DNA of 62,207 nucleotides, filler included. It is 3 parts of 3 records of this genome, joined end to end, with 100 filler letters (N's around TTAATTAATTAA, not from the genome) between each part and the next. Parts side by side here need not be neighbours in the genome. Positions count along the whole stretch, not along the records: positions 47,330 to 62,207 come from DRR723986_5015; 2 more parts are not named here. The stretch is one strand, 5' to 3'. Shown one piece after another: positions 47,331 to 56,699 of the stretch. Under the pieces are notes generated by a model. It was given only the letters and a program-made list of their open reading frames with translations, was not told the DNA's origin and ran no database searches. The position numbers were made by a program, and so were the translations under genes. Every line of letters starts with the position of its first letter. The first letter of the stretch is position 1.

Positions 47331-48074
47331 CACGCCACCATGATGATCATGGGCGAGGTCTGCACCCGCGCCTGTACCTTCTGCAATATCGCGACCGGTA
47401 AGCCGCCAGAGGATCTGGACGTGTTCGAACCGGGGCGCGTGGCAGATGCGGTTGCGAAACTGGGGTTGAACCATGTGGTCATCACCAGCGTCGATCGCGA
47501 TGATATCGAAGATGGCGGGGCCGAACATTTCGCCCAGACCATCCGCGCCATTCGCCACCGCAGCCCCGGCACCACGATCGAAATTCTGACGCCGGACTTT
47601 ATCCGCTGCGCCCCCGAGGTGCTGGAAGTTGTGGTGGCGGCAAAGCCGGACGTGTTCAACCACAACCTTGAAACCGTGCCGGGTCTTTACCCCGAGGTGC
47701 GTCCCGGTGCCCGCTACTTCCATTCCCTGCGGCTGTTGCAGCGGGTGAAGGAACTGGATCCGACCATGTTCACCAAATCGGGCATCATGGTGGGGCTTGG
47801 CGAAGACAAGCAGGCCGTGGCGCAGGTGATGGATGACATGCGCGCCGCCGATATCGACTTCCTGACCATCGGCCAGTACCTGCAACCCACGCCCAAGCAT
47901 CACGCGGTGGATCGGTTCGTGACGCCGGATGAATTCAAGAGCTATGAAAAGGCGGCCTATAACAAGGGCTTTCTGATGGTCTCGGCCACGCCGCTGACGC
48001 GGTCGAGCTATCATGCGGGCGACGATTTCGCCCGGCTCCGCGCAGCGCGACTGAAGAAACTGGGTCAGGCCTGA
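47331..48074 (+). CDS. lipA: Lipoyl synthase (3' part)
   Basis: CTRACTFC radical-SAM motif, [29 protein letters not shown]. Confidence 0.96.
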   Translation, partial: HATMMIMGEVCTRACTFCNIATGKPPEDLDVFEPGRVADAVAKLGLNHVVITSVDRDDIEDGGAEHFAQTIRAIRHRSPGTTIEILTPDFIRCAPEVLEVVVAAKPDVFNHNLETVPGLYPEVRPGARYFHSLRLLQRVKELDPTMFTKSGIMVGLGEDKQAVAQVMDDMRAADIDFLTIGQYLQPTPKHHAVDRFVTPDEFKSYEKAAYNKGFLMVSATPLTRSSYHAGDDFARLRAARLKKLGQA

Positions 48075-48079
48075 TATGA

Positions 48080-48106
48080 AAAACCCCGGCGCAGGGCCGG
48101 GGTTTT
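48080..48106. terminator. Bidirectional Rho-independent terminator
   Basis: AAAACCCCGGC-gcagg-GCCGGGGTTTT between the convergent lipA and pilin-like genes. Confidence 0.85.
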
Positions 48107-48125
48107 CTGCTTTCCGGGTCCGGGA

Positions 48126-48599
48126 TCAGGCGCCCCAGTAAACCGGCGTGCCGGGATAATCCCCAATCGCCCAGGTTTCGCCACCCGACGCATAGGTCGT
48201 GCCATCGTTGCTGGTATAGACGACATTGCCGGTGGCCGGGTCATGCAGGGGGCTGTCGAAATTGTAGCCTTCGGGCATGTCTGCAATCGCTTCCTGCTGT
48301 GCCCAATAATAGGTGGCACCGTTGTTTCCAGGGGCTGCGGCTGCGCCAATGGCGTGGTAATCCTGCGCTGTGCGCCCCGTCCAGGACCAGCTGTTGTCGC
48401 CGCCTGCACCGCCGCCAAAGCTGGCCGAGATAACCTGGCTTTCCATCTGACCGCTGACATCGCCACTCAGATCTTCGACGCCAGCGCTGACAACGGCCAT
48501 GGTCGCAAGACCCAGCCCGACTGTCGCAGCGGTCAAAACAACCCAATCGACTGTAACCGCGCCGCTGTCATCTGTGATAAAGCTCAGCATATGTTGCAT
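48126..48599 (-). CDS. Flp/Tad-type pilin-like protein with ~95-aa C-terminal extension (157 aa)
   Basis: F..DDSG|AVTVDWVVLTAATVGLGL prepilin-like motif as recalled from Rhodobacteraceae Flp pilins; AGGAG SD; Gly linker followed by a Trp/Tyr/Gly-rich domain. Confidence 0.7.
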   Translation of the reverse strand: MQHMLSFITDDSGAVTVDWVVLTAATVGLGLATMAVVSAGVEDLSGDVSGQMESQVISASFGGGAGGDNSWSWTGRTAQDYHAIGAAAAPGNNGATYYWAQQEAIADMPEGYNFDSPLHDPATGNVVYTSNDGTTYASGGETWAIGDYPGTPVYWGA

Positions 48600-48769
48600 A
48601 TTCTTGCTCTCCTGATTGCCGTTTTTCACGGCTTTTCTATCTACACCCGGCTGTCTTACACTTGGAAGTTGTGCGCGCCGTGAACGATCGGGGGCATTAT
48701 TGTGGCAAGAAATCTGCCACCTTGGGGGCCAGGCAAACGGATTTGGCGCAACGGGCAAGGGAGTTGGAC

Positions 48770-50041
48770 ATGCTTAAAGATCGGTACGGGCTGGCGATTT
48801 CCACGGGGTCCGCGGCAACGGCAGAGGCCTATCAACGCGGGCTGGATCTGTTCCTTGCGGGACAGTCAGGAGTTGTAGAGGCGCTGGAAACGGCCCTGCG
48901 TTCCGACCCGGGCTTTACCCCGGCCCATGTCGCGTTGGCCCGGCACTACCAAAGCTTCGGCCACATGCCAGCGGCCAAAGCGGCACTGGAGGCTGCCCGG
49001 CAATGTGATCGCGCGCTAACCCCGCGCGAGGCGGCGCAACTGGACATCTTCGGGCATTTGATCGAAGCGCGGCCTGCGAAAGGCTATGCCCTGATCCGCG
49101 CGCATCTGCTGGATCACCCGCGCGACGCGCTGGTCGCGCAAACGCTTCTGGGCGTCTTCAGCCTGATCGGCTTTTCCGGTCGGGTCGGGCGCGAGGCAGA
49201 GCATCTTGCCATCGCCGATTTTCTGGCCCCACATTACGAGGGCGATTGGTGGTTTCCGGCGCAGATGGCCTTTGCCCACCTGGAGGTCGGGCAGTTCCGG
49301 CAGGCCGAGGACCAGATTGACCTGGCGCTGATGCGGAACCATGACAGCGCCCACGCCGCCCACATCCGTGCGCATCTTTACTATGAGGTTGGCGAAACAG
49401 AGGACGGGTTGCGTTTTCTGAGCGACTGGATGCAGGGATATGACCGGGGCGGGCTGATGCATTGTCACAACAACTGGCATGTGGCGCTCTGGGCGATGGC
49501 GACCGGCGACGAGGCTGGCATGTGGCGTGTGGTAGACGAGGATCTTGCCCCCGGCGTCAGCCAAAGCCCGGCAATCAATATCGTGACCGATCTGGCCGCG
49601 CTCTATTATCGGGCGTCGCTGGCCGGAATCGAGATTGGCCAGGACCGTTGGCAGCGGCTTGGCGACTATGCGCTGACCGCCTTTCCCAAGCCGGGAATGG
49701 GGTTTGTCGATATTCACGCCGCGCTGATTCACGCCATGAGCGGCAATGACGACGCGCTGAACCAGATCATAACCGATGCCAAGGGGCCGATCGGCGATCT
49801 GGTGCCGGGCTGTGCAGAGGCCTTCCGCGCCATTGCCGCGCAGGATTGGGCGGGGGCAGAATCGAGGCTGATCCCTGTCGTCGCGCAGTCGGAACGGGTT
49901 GGCGGCAGTCGGGCACAGCGCGACGTTCTGGAATTTGCGTTGTTGAACACGCAGATCAGGCAGGGACGGGGGGACGAGGCCCTGCGCCTTCTTGCCTTGC
50001 GCCGCCCCAACATCGACGCGCCAGTTCATCTGGTCCACTGA
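48770..50041 (+). CDS. TPR protein, TTC38-like
   Basis: DHPRD, AHAAHIRAHLYYE, HNNWHVAL, GGSRAQRDV motifs recalled for TTC38-like proteins. Confidence 0.75.
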   Translation: MLKDRYGLAISTGSAATAEAYQRGLDLFLAGQSGVVEALETALRSDPGFTPAHVALARHYQSFGHMPAAKAALEAARQCDRALTPREAAQLDIFGHLIEARPAKGYALIRAHLLDHPRDALVAQTLLGVFSLIGFSGRVGREAEHLAIADFLAPHYEGDWWFPAQMAFAHLEVGQFRQAEDQIDLALMRNHDSAHAAHIRAHLYYEVGETEDGLRFLSDWMQGYDRGGLMHCHNNWHVALWAMATGDEAGMWRVVDEDLAPGVSQSPAINIVTDLAALYYRASLAGIEIGQDRWQRLGDYALTAFPKPGMGFVDIHAALIHAMSGNDDALNQIITDAKGPIGDLVPGCAEAFRAIAAQDWAGAESRLIPVVAQSERVGGSRAQRDVLEFALLNTQIRQGRGDEALRLLALRRPNIDAPVHLVH

Positions 50042-50107
50042 CCCCAAAGCATTTTGTGAATCCGCCGGGTTGCGTTAGGATTCTCCCATTTAGGGGAGCT
50101 TTATGCC

Positions 50108-51475
50108 ATGGCTGTGTTGCGTGCCTCTCTCTGCGCCATCTCTGTTTGTCTGTGCCTTTTTCCGCAGCCGGGCCGCGCCGACTGGCTCGAAGAGGCCCGC
50201 GCGGCCTATACTGCCGGGGATCATGAGACCGCGCTTGGATTGGCGGAGCCGAGGGCAGCCGCTGGCGACCCCGCCGCGCTGAATATCCTGGGCGTGCTCT
50301 ACTTTCACGGGGATGGGGTGGAACAGGATGTGCAGCGCGGACTCGGCTATTACGAGGCCGCCGCCGCGCAGGGCCACGTGATCGCCATGTCGAACCTGGC
50401 CTGGATCTACTATGACGGGAGCAACGGCGTCGCGCAGGATATCGAGCGCGCCCAGTATCTGGCCGAGACCGCAGCAGAGCAAGGCAATGCCGAGGCGCTG
50501 AACACGCTTGGGGTGATGACCGAAGAAGGTGTATTTGGCGCGACCGATCAACTTGCGGCCTCCGAGTACTATCGCCGTGCCGCGGCGGAAGGATCGCCGG
50601 ATGGGGCAAATAACCTCGGCAGGCTTTATTTGTTGGGGCTCGGCGTACCCGCCGATGACGCGCGGGCGCGGTTGCTGTTTGAAAAGGCCGCCGAGCTTGG
50701 GCACGATGGCGGCGCGCGGAATCTGGCGCTGATGATGGAACAGGGCAGGGGCGGGTCACGCGACATCCCCGGTGCCCTTGCCAATTATCGCCTTGCCATC
50801 GCGCGCGGTCATGCCGGGGCGGCAAACGATCTGGGAATATTGCTGCAAAACGGGGCGGACGGGCTGGCGCCCGATCTGGCCGCCGCCGCAGAAGCCTATC
50901 AGCAGGGCATCGACCTGGGGGATGAATGGGCGCCGTCGAACCTGGGCTATCTGCTGTCCGATTCAGAGCCGACAATCCCCGATGACAGTGATCGGGCCGT
51001 GGCGCTCTACCTGCTGTCATACGAGCGTGGAAATCTGGATGCGCTGAGCGATCTGGCCTACATGTATTGGGACGGTGATGGCGTTGCGCAGAACCTGCCG
51101 GAATCGGAACGCCTTCTGCGCATTCTGGCCGATCACGGCGATGCGGGTGCGCTGAATGATCTGGGGTATATGCGGGAATACGCTGTCAACGGCCCCGTCG
51201 ATCTGGATGCGGCCATGGGTTTTTATCTGCACGCAGCACGGCTTGGCCTGCCGTTGGCAGGTTGGGGCGTGGCGACGGTATTTCTGAACCCCGACTATGC
51301 GGGTCGGAATGCCGTCGAGGGCCATGCCTGGTGCTATTGGGCGATGACCCTCGAACCCGATGCGGACGCGCGTCTGCAATATGACGACTCGTGCGGAACC
51401 CTGCCTGAAACGCTGAGCCCGCAAGAGGTTGAGGCCATCGCGACCCGCACCGAGGAATTGCTGTCGAGCAACTGA
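50108..51475 (+). CDS. Secreted Sel1-like repeat protein (10 repeats)
   Basis: Signal peptide; repeated A..nLG.lY..G.GV..D...A..yy..AA.qG units. Confidence 0.9.
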   Translation: MAVLRASLCAISVCLCLFPQPGRADWLEEARAAYTAGDHETALGLAEPRAAAGDPAALNILGVLYFHGDGVEQDVQRGLGYYEAAAAQGHVIAMSNLAWIYYDGSNGVAQDIERAQYLAETAAEQGNAEALNTLGVMTEEGVFGATDQLAASEYYRRAAAEGSPDGANNLGRLYLLGLGVPADDARARLLFEKAAELGHDGGARNLALMMEQGRGGSRDIPGALANYRLAIARGHAGAANDLGILLQNGADGLAPDLAAAAEAYQQGIDLGDEWAPSNLGYLLSDSEPTIPDDSDRAVALYLLSYERGNLDALSDLAYMYWDGDGVAQNLPESERLLRILADHGDAGALNDLGYMREYAVNGPVDLDAAMGFYLHAARLGLPLAGWGVATVFLNPDYAGRNAVEGHAWCYWAMTLEPDADARLQYDDSCGTLPETLSPQEVEAIATRTEELLSSN

Positions 51476-51509
51476 AACTGAAAATGCGACCCCGATTAGG
51501 AGAGCCATT

Positions 51510-52853
51510 ATGAACTTGAAAATTGTATCCGTTGCGGCGCTTTTGTGCCTGTCCGCCCCGCTATTGGCGCAAACCGCAGATGACTCCGTTCAGGCCTATC
51601 GCGATGGCGACTACGCGCAGGCGCTGGCGATTGCCCGGCCGCTTGCCAATGCCGGCGATGCAGTCGCGCTGAACATGATGGGGATTCTCTATGAAAACGG
51701 GCTCGGGGTGCCGGCGGACGGGTTCCGTGCCGCCAGCTATTATCAGGCGGCCGCCGATCAGGACTTGCCGCAGGCCTTGAACAATCTGGCCGATCATTAT
51801 CTTGACGGCTGGACCGGGCAGGAACCGCGACCCGACCTTGCCATTCCCCTGATGCTGCGGGCCGAGGGCATGGGCTATGCCGGGGTTTATAACAATCTGG
51901 GCGTGTCCTATTTCGAGGGCCATTTCGGCACCCCCGATTCCCCCCGCGCGCTGGAATATTTCCGTCGCGCCCATGAGGCGGGCTATGTGGACGGCACGGC
52001 CAACGTCGGCTGGATGTACGCCCATGGCGAAGGGGTCACGCAGGATCTGGCAGAGGCGCGGCGGTTCTATGAGCTGGCTCATGCCAATAGCGGCCCGCTT
52101 TGGGCGCTGGAGAACCTTGCCGATATGTGGCGCGAGGGCGAGGGCGGACCATCCGATCTGTCGCAGGCGGTCGCGCTGTACGAGGCCGCCGCCGACCGAA
52201 ACAGCGCCTATGCAGCCAATTGGTTGGGCTATTACTATGACAACGGCGAGGCTGGCCTTCCGGTGGATTACGACCGGGCTGTCGCCTACTTCATGCAGGC
52301 CGCCGAACAGGGCAGCACGACGGGCTACTATAATATGGGCTCGATGTATGAAGGCGGGCGCGGGGTCGAAGCAGACCCTGAAATGGCGCGCCACTATTAT
52401 CAACTGGCCTCCGATCAGGGCGACGCGGATGCGACCTATGAATTGGCGGTCATGTACTGGCACGGGGATCTTGGCTATGTCGACGAGATCGAAGCCCGCC
52501 GCCTGATGGAAATGGCCGCCGATCGCGGGGCCGAACTGTCCTTTGGCGATCTCGGGCTGATGCTGCGCAACGGGGTAGGCGGCAGCCGCGACCTGTTCCG
52601 GGCGGGCGAGATGTTCGAACGTGGACTGGACGAGAACGACTCTCTGGCCTTCGTGAACCTGGGTGAGGTCATATCTGATCCAGCCTATCCGGGCCATGAT
52701 CCGGTGCGCGGTCTGGCCCTGTGTCTGCGGGCGGTCGAGATCACCACGAACGAGGATCGGCAGGCGCAATACAGCCGCCGCTGCAACCGGTTGGCGCGGG
52801 CGCTCAGCCCGGCGCAACAGGCCGAGGCGCGGGCATTGATGGGGTCACTCTAG
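51510..52853 (+). CDS. Secreted Sel1-like repeat protein (10 repeats), paralog of the upstream gene
   Basis: AGGAG SD; signal peptide MNLKIVSVAALLCLSAPLLA; ten SLR units. Confidence 0.9.
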   Translation: MNLKIVSVAALLCLSAPLLAQTADDSVQAYRDGDYAQALAIARPLANAGDAVALNMMGILYENGLGVPADGFRAASYYQAAADQDLPQALNNLADHYLDGWTGQEPRPDLAIPLMLRAEGMGYAGVYNNLGVSYFEGHFGTPDSPRALEYFRRAHEAGYVDGTANVGWMYAHGEGVTQDLAEARRFYELAHANSGPLWALENLADMWREGEGGPSDLSQAVALYEAAADRNSAYAANWLGYYYDNGEAGLPVDYDRAVAYFMQAAEQGSTTGYYNMGSMYEGGRGVEADPEMARHYYQLASDQGDADATYELAVMYWHGDLGYVDEIEARRLMEMAADRGAELSFGDLGLMLRNGVGGSRDLFRAGEMFERGLDENDSLAFVNLGEVISDPAYPGHDPVRGLALCLRAVEITTNEDRQAQYSRRCNRLARALSPAQQAEARALMGSL

Positions 52854-53735
52854 GGGCGGCAGAGCCTGAAGATAGGCGGCAATTGCGGCGCGGTCGGCAT
52901 CGGGCAGGTGGGCCATGTTCAGGATCACCTCGGCCATTTCGCCGCCCGCGCTGTCGAACTCGGGCGTGAAGCCGTCGCGCAGGTAGTTTGCGATGTCAGA
53001 GGCTGACCAGGTCAGCGCAGCCGGGGTTATATTCGGGATGCGCCCTTCGCCTGAAGGATTGGGCGCACCGGCCAGCCAGTTTGCGTAATCCAACCCGCCA
53101 AGGATGTTGCGCGGGGTGTGGCATTCGCCGCAATGGCCAAGCGATTCCACCAGGTAGCGCCCGCGCATGACTTGTGGCGACAGGTCATCGCCCTGCATCA
53201 CCCAGTCATCCGACAGGAACAGCAGTTTCCAGCCCCCAAGCGAGCGGCGGATCGAGAACGGAAAACCCACATCGTGATCGCGCGACGCAGTGGCGTCGGC
53301 GGGCAGGGTCTGCATGAAGGCCCACAGGTCTTGCAGGTCGGTCATGCCTGCGCGGGCATAGGTGCCATAGGGGAAAGCCGGGTAGTAATGCTGCCCCTCG
53401 GGACTGACACCGCGCATGACGGCGCTCAGAAACTCGGCCTCGGTCCAGTCGCCAATCCCGTGATCGGGATCCATTGAGATATTGGGCGCGTAGAAGGTGC
53501 CGAAATCGGACGGGAAAGCCCGGCCCCCGGTCATGACCAGCCGATCTTCGCCCTCGGCATCTTCGGCGGCATGGCAGGACGCGCAGCCTGCGGCCCAGAA
53601 GACCTGCTCGCCATGAACGGCATCGCCTTCGCGTTCTGGAATGTCAGAGGTTGCCAGCGGCGCGGGGCTGGTCAGATACCATCCTGCGGCGGCACCCAGA
53701 ATGGCAAGGAGAACGAGAAACCGGAAAGCGCGCAT
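52845..53735 (-). CDS. Membrane-anchored diheme cytochrome c
   Basis: Two CxxCH motifs (CASCH, CGECH), PNI, YYPAFPY. Confidence 0.9.
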   Translation of the reverse strand: MRAFRFLVLLAILGAAAGWYLTSPAPLATSDIPEREGDAVHGEQVFWAAGCASCHAAEDAEGEDRLVMTGGRAFPSDFGTFYAPNISMDPDHGIGDWTEAEFLSAVMRGVSPEGQHYYPAFPYGTYARAGMTDLQDLWAFMQTLPADATASRDHDVGFPFSIRRSLGGWKLLFLSDDWVMQGDDLSPQVMRGRYLVESLGHCGECHTPRNILGGLDYANWLAGAPNPSGEGRIPNITPAALTWSASDIANYLRDGFTPEFDSAGGEMAEVILNMAHLPDADRAAIAAYLQALPPLE

Positions 53736-53795
53736 GATCACATGGCCTGTCTTCGGGGCGGCGAAGCGAAATTGCTCCGCCGTCCCGAGCCTAGC

Positions 53796-54281
53796 TTATT
53801 CGTCGGATTGACGGAAGTTCCGGTGACAGCTGCCGCAAGAGCCGCCAAGCGGACCGATCGCGGCTTGCAGCGCCTCCAGCCCGTTACCGGCTGCATCGGC
53901 CATGCCGCTGGCTGCGGCGCCATAGGCCATCCATTCCTCACCGAAGCCGCCCATGTTTTCCCAGATCGCGGGAAGCGCGCGGGTGGCTTCGCCAAGGGCT
54001 GCATTGTCGGACCCTGCGGCCCAGAACGGACGGCCATCGACACCGGCCATGGCGGCGAGGTTGTTGGCGGCGGTCTGGGCCGCCTCGGCGTCGTAGTCGA
54101 TATTGCCACGCGCCATGCCGCCAAGCACGCCGATGTTGAAGGACAGGATCTGCATATAGCCCTGACGGGCAGCGATATGACCGGCATAGGGGTTGTCGCC
54201 GTGGCCGGCGCCCTGAACCGTGGCAGCCAGCGGCAAGGTCAGCGCTGCGGCGGCAAGAATGGATTTGGAGAAGATACGCAT
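53796..54281 (-). CDS. Class II cytochrome c (c'/c556)
   Basis: Signal peptide, RQGYM, A.PAIW, C-terminal CGSCH..FR. Confidence 0.88.
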   Translation of the reverse strand: MRIFSKSILAAAALTLPLAATVQGAGHGDNPYAGHIAARQGYMQILSFNIGVLGGMARGNIDYDAEAAQTAANNLAAMAGVDGRPFWAAGSDNAALGEATRALPAIWENMGGFGEEWMAYGAAASGMADAAGNGLEALQAAIGPLGGSCGSCHRNFRQSDE

Positions 54282-54454
54282 GGGAACTCCCTGATGAATA
54301 CGTGCGGTGCCAAACAGCATCGCGGTATCTCGAACCATCAGGCAATAGCCGTAAGCCCGCCTCACGCGGGTGTGATCCGCACAGGCTCTGTGCGAAAATG
54401 CAGAATTGCCATGTGCGAAATTGCACTTTCCGGACGCCGAACGCCGCCGCGATC

Positions 54455-54997
54455 CTAGTCTGTGGTGAACCGAACCTTGCCGATATGGCCAAGGTTGCGA
54501 TTGTTCTGGGCGTAGTCGATGCCGTAGCCGACGACGAATTCGTCGGGGATCTCGAACCCGGTCCAGGTCGCTTTCACGTCCACTTCGCGGCGCGAAGGTT
54601 TGTCGAGCAGCGCAATGGTTTCCAGCCGCTTGGGATGGCGGCTTTCCAGCAGGTGCAGCACGTGGTTGAGCGTGTGGCCGGTATCGACGATGTCTTCCAC
54701 GACCAGCACGTCACGGCCCTCGATCTCGCCGCGGATGTCTTTCAGAATGCGCACCTCGCGGCTGCTTTCCATACCGCTGCCGTATGAGGACGTCTCCAGG
54801 AAATCGACCTCTACCGGCAGGTTCAACTCGCGCACAAGGTCAGCGATGAAGACGAAACTGCCGCGCAGCAGCCCCACGACCACCAGCTTGTCGGTGCCCG
54901 CGAAGGCGCGCTCGATCTCTCGCGCCAATTCCTCGATCCGCGCCGCGATGGCCTTGGCCGAGATCATCTTGTCCACTACGTAAGGTTTCTGCGCCAT
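54455..54997 (-). CDS. hpt: Hypoxanthine phosphoribosyltransferase
   Basis: [34 protein letters not shown]. Confidence 0.96.
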   Translation of the reverse strand: MAQKPYVVDKMISAKAIAARIEELAREIERAFAGTDKLVVVGLLRGSFVFIADLVRELNLPVEVDFLETSSYGSGMESSREVRILKDIRGEIEGRDVLVVEDIVDTGHTLNHVLHLLESRHPKRLETIALLDKPSRREVDVKATWTGFEIPDEFVVGYGIDYAQNNRNLGHIGKVRFTTD

Positions 54998-55091
54998 ATC
55001 GCCCCTCTCAGACGGCAAAACCGTCCCTGTCCCTTGAATTCCCGCAGGAACTTTAGGACATGGTTCCCACAAGAGGAAACCGGAAAGACAG

Positions 55092-55550
55092 ATGCCAAGC
55101 CACGCCGAGACCCGTCTGCTGCCATATAGCGCATCACAGATGTATGATCTGGTGGCCGATGTGGCGCGCTATCCGGAGTTCATTCCGTGGATCATGGGCG
55201 CGCGGGTGCGGTCGGTGACACCGATCGAGGGCGGTGAAGAAATGCTTGCCGATCTGGTGGTGGGCTTCAAGATGTTCCGCGAAAGGTTCGGCAGCCGTGT
55301 GACGCTGGAGCCGGGCATTCGCAAGATCACCACCGAATATATTGACGGACCGTTCAAGCACCTGGTTTCTCACTGGGTCTTCTCTGAACAGGAAGGGGGC
55401 TGCGAAGTGGCCTTCGACGTGGATTTCGAGTTCAGGAACCGCTTGTTGCAGGGCGCGGCGGGGCTCTTCTTTCACGAGGCGATGACGCGGATTGTACGGG
55501 CCTTCGAAGACCGTGCCAATGTGCTTTACGGGACGGATGCAGCCAGCTAG
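55092..55550 (+). CDS. ratA: RatA/PasT/Coq10 START-domain protein
   Basis: YDLVADV..YPEFIPW, GPFK.L, AFEDRA. Confidence 0.88.
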   Translation: MPSHAETRLLPYSASQMYDLVADVARYPEFIPWIMGARVRSVTPIEGGEEMLADLVVGFKMFRERFGSRVTLEPGIRKITTEYIDGPFKHLVSHWVFSEQEGGCEVAFDVDFEFRNRLLQGAAGLFFHEAMTRIVRAFEDRANVLYGTDAAS

Positions 55551-55559
55551 CGTCGGGTC

Positions 55560-56627
55560 ATGACCTGGCACGACACCCCGCTGACGCGGCTGTTGAACAC
55601 TGATTATCCGATCATTCAGGCCCCGATGGCGGGGGCGACGACACCAGCCATGGCGGCAGCAGCGGCCAATGCGGGGGCCATGGGATCGCTCGGCTGCGCG
55701 ATGATGGGTGTCGAGGCGATGGCGGCAGAACTGCGCGCGGCGCAGGCGCTGACCAATCGCAGCCTGAACGTCAACTTCTTCGTGCATGACCGGCCGGTGC
55801 CGGATGAAGACAGGAACATCGCTGCCGCAAACCGGCTTGCCCCATGGTATGCGCGGCTGAACGCCGGCGATCCGGCTGAACCTGCGGACACAGTCCCGAT
55901 CTTTGACGAGGCGTTTTGCGAGGCGGTCATTGCCTGCGGGCCAGCGGTGGTCTCGTTCCATTTCGGGCTGCCCGAGGCGCGGCTGGTGGATCGGTTGAAA
56001 TCGGCAGGCATCGTGATCCTGTCGTCTGCGACCTCGTCCGAGGAAGCCCGCTGGCTGGAGTCACGGGGCACCGATGCGATTATCGCGCAGGGGGCCGAGG
56101 CGGGGGGGCACAACGGCTGGTTCCTGCCGCGCCAAGGCGCCGATCTGACGGGCACCATAGCACTGGTCCCGCGCGTTGTTGATGCGGTCCGCGTACCGGT
56201 CATCGCGGCGGGCGGCATTGCCGACGGACGCGGCGTGGCGGCGGCTTTGATGCTGGGGGCGGCCGGGGTGCAGGTTGGAACGGCGTTCCTCGCCACGCCG
56301 GAATGCGCCAGCCCAGAGGTGCATAAACAGGCCGTGGTTGCGGCAACGGGTGACGACACGCTTGCCACAAAGGCCTACTCCGGCAGGCTGGCGCGCGGAA
56401 TCGCCAATGATTTCTCGCGCGAGATGGCCGCACATGACAGCTGGCCGGATTTCCCGATGATGAACGCCGCAACAGGCCCGATCCGGGCGGCATCCGCCAA
56501 GGCGGGCCTGCCAGATGCGGTGGCGCTCTGGTCGGGGCAGGGGGCCGGGCTGGTGCGGGCCGAAACAACCGCGCAGGTCGTCGCGCGGCTGGTGGTTGAG
56601 ACAGAGGCGGCGCTGGCGCGGATTTGA
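55560..56627 (+). CDS. Nitronate monooxygenase family flavoprotein
   Basis: PIIQAPMAG, VVSFHFG, QG.EAGGH, IAAGGIADG, GTAFL, LWSGQ. Confidence 0.9.
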   Translation: MTWHDTPLTRLLNTDYPIIQAPMAGATTPAMAAAAANAGAMGSLGCAMMGVEAMAAELRAAQALTNRSLNVNFFVHDRPVPDEDRNIAAANRLAPWYARLNAGDPAEPADTVPIFDEAFCEAVIACGPAVVSFHFGLPEARLVDRLKSAGIVILSSATSSEEARWLESRGTDAIIAQGAEAGGHNGWFLPRQGADLTGTIALVPRVVDAVRVPVIAAGGIADGRGVAAALMLGAAGVQVGTAFLATPECASPEVHKQAVVAATGDDTLATKAYSGRLARGIANDFSREMAAHDSWPDFPMMNAATGPIRAASAKAGLPDAVALWSGQGAGLVRAETTAQVVARLVVETEAALARI

Positions 56628-56699
56628 CCTCGCATCTCACGCCGGGCGCTTTACGTTGCCCAAACCGCTGTTATCCTGCCCTGCATTGGTGGAGACCCG

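Noticed and set aside
55092..55550. RatA as a toxin-antitoxin module
   Set aside because: No RatB/PasI partner is adjacent; the family is better explained as a Coq10-like ubiquinone-binding protein.
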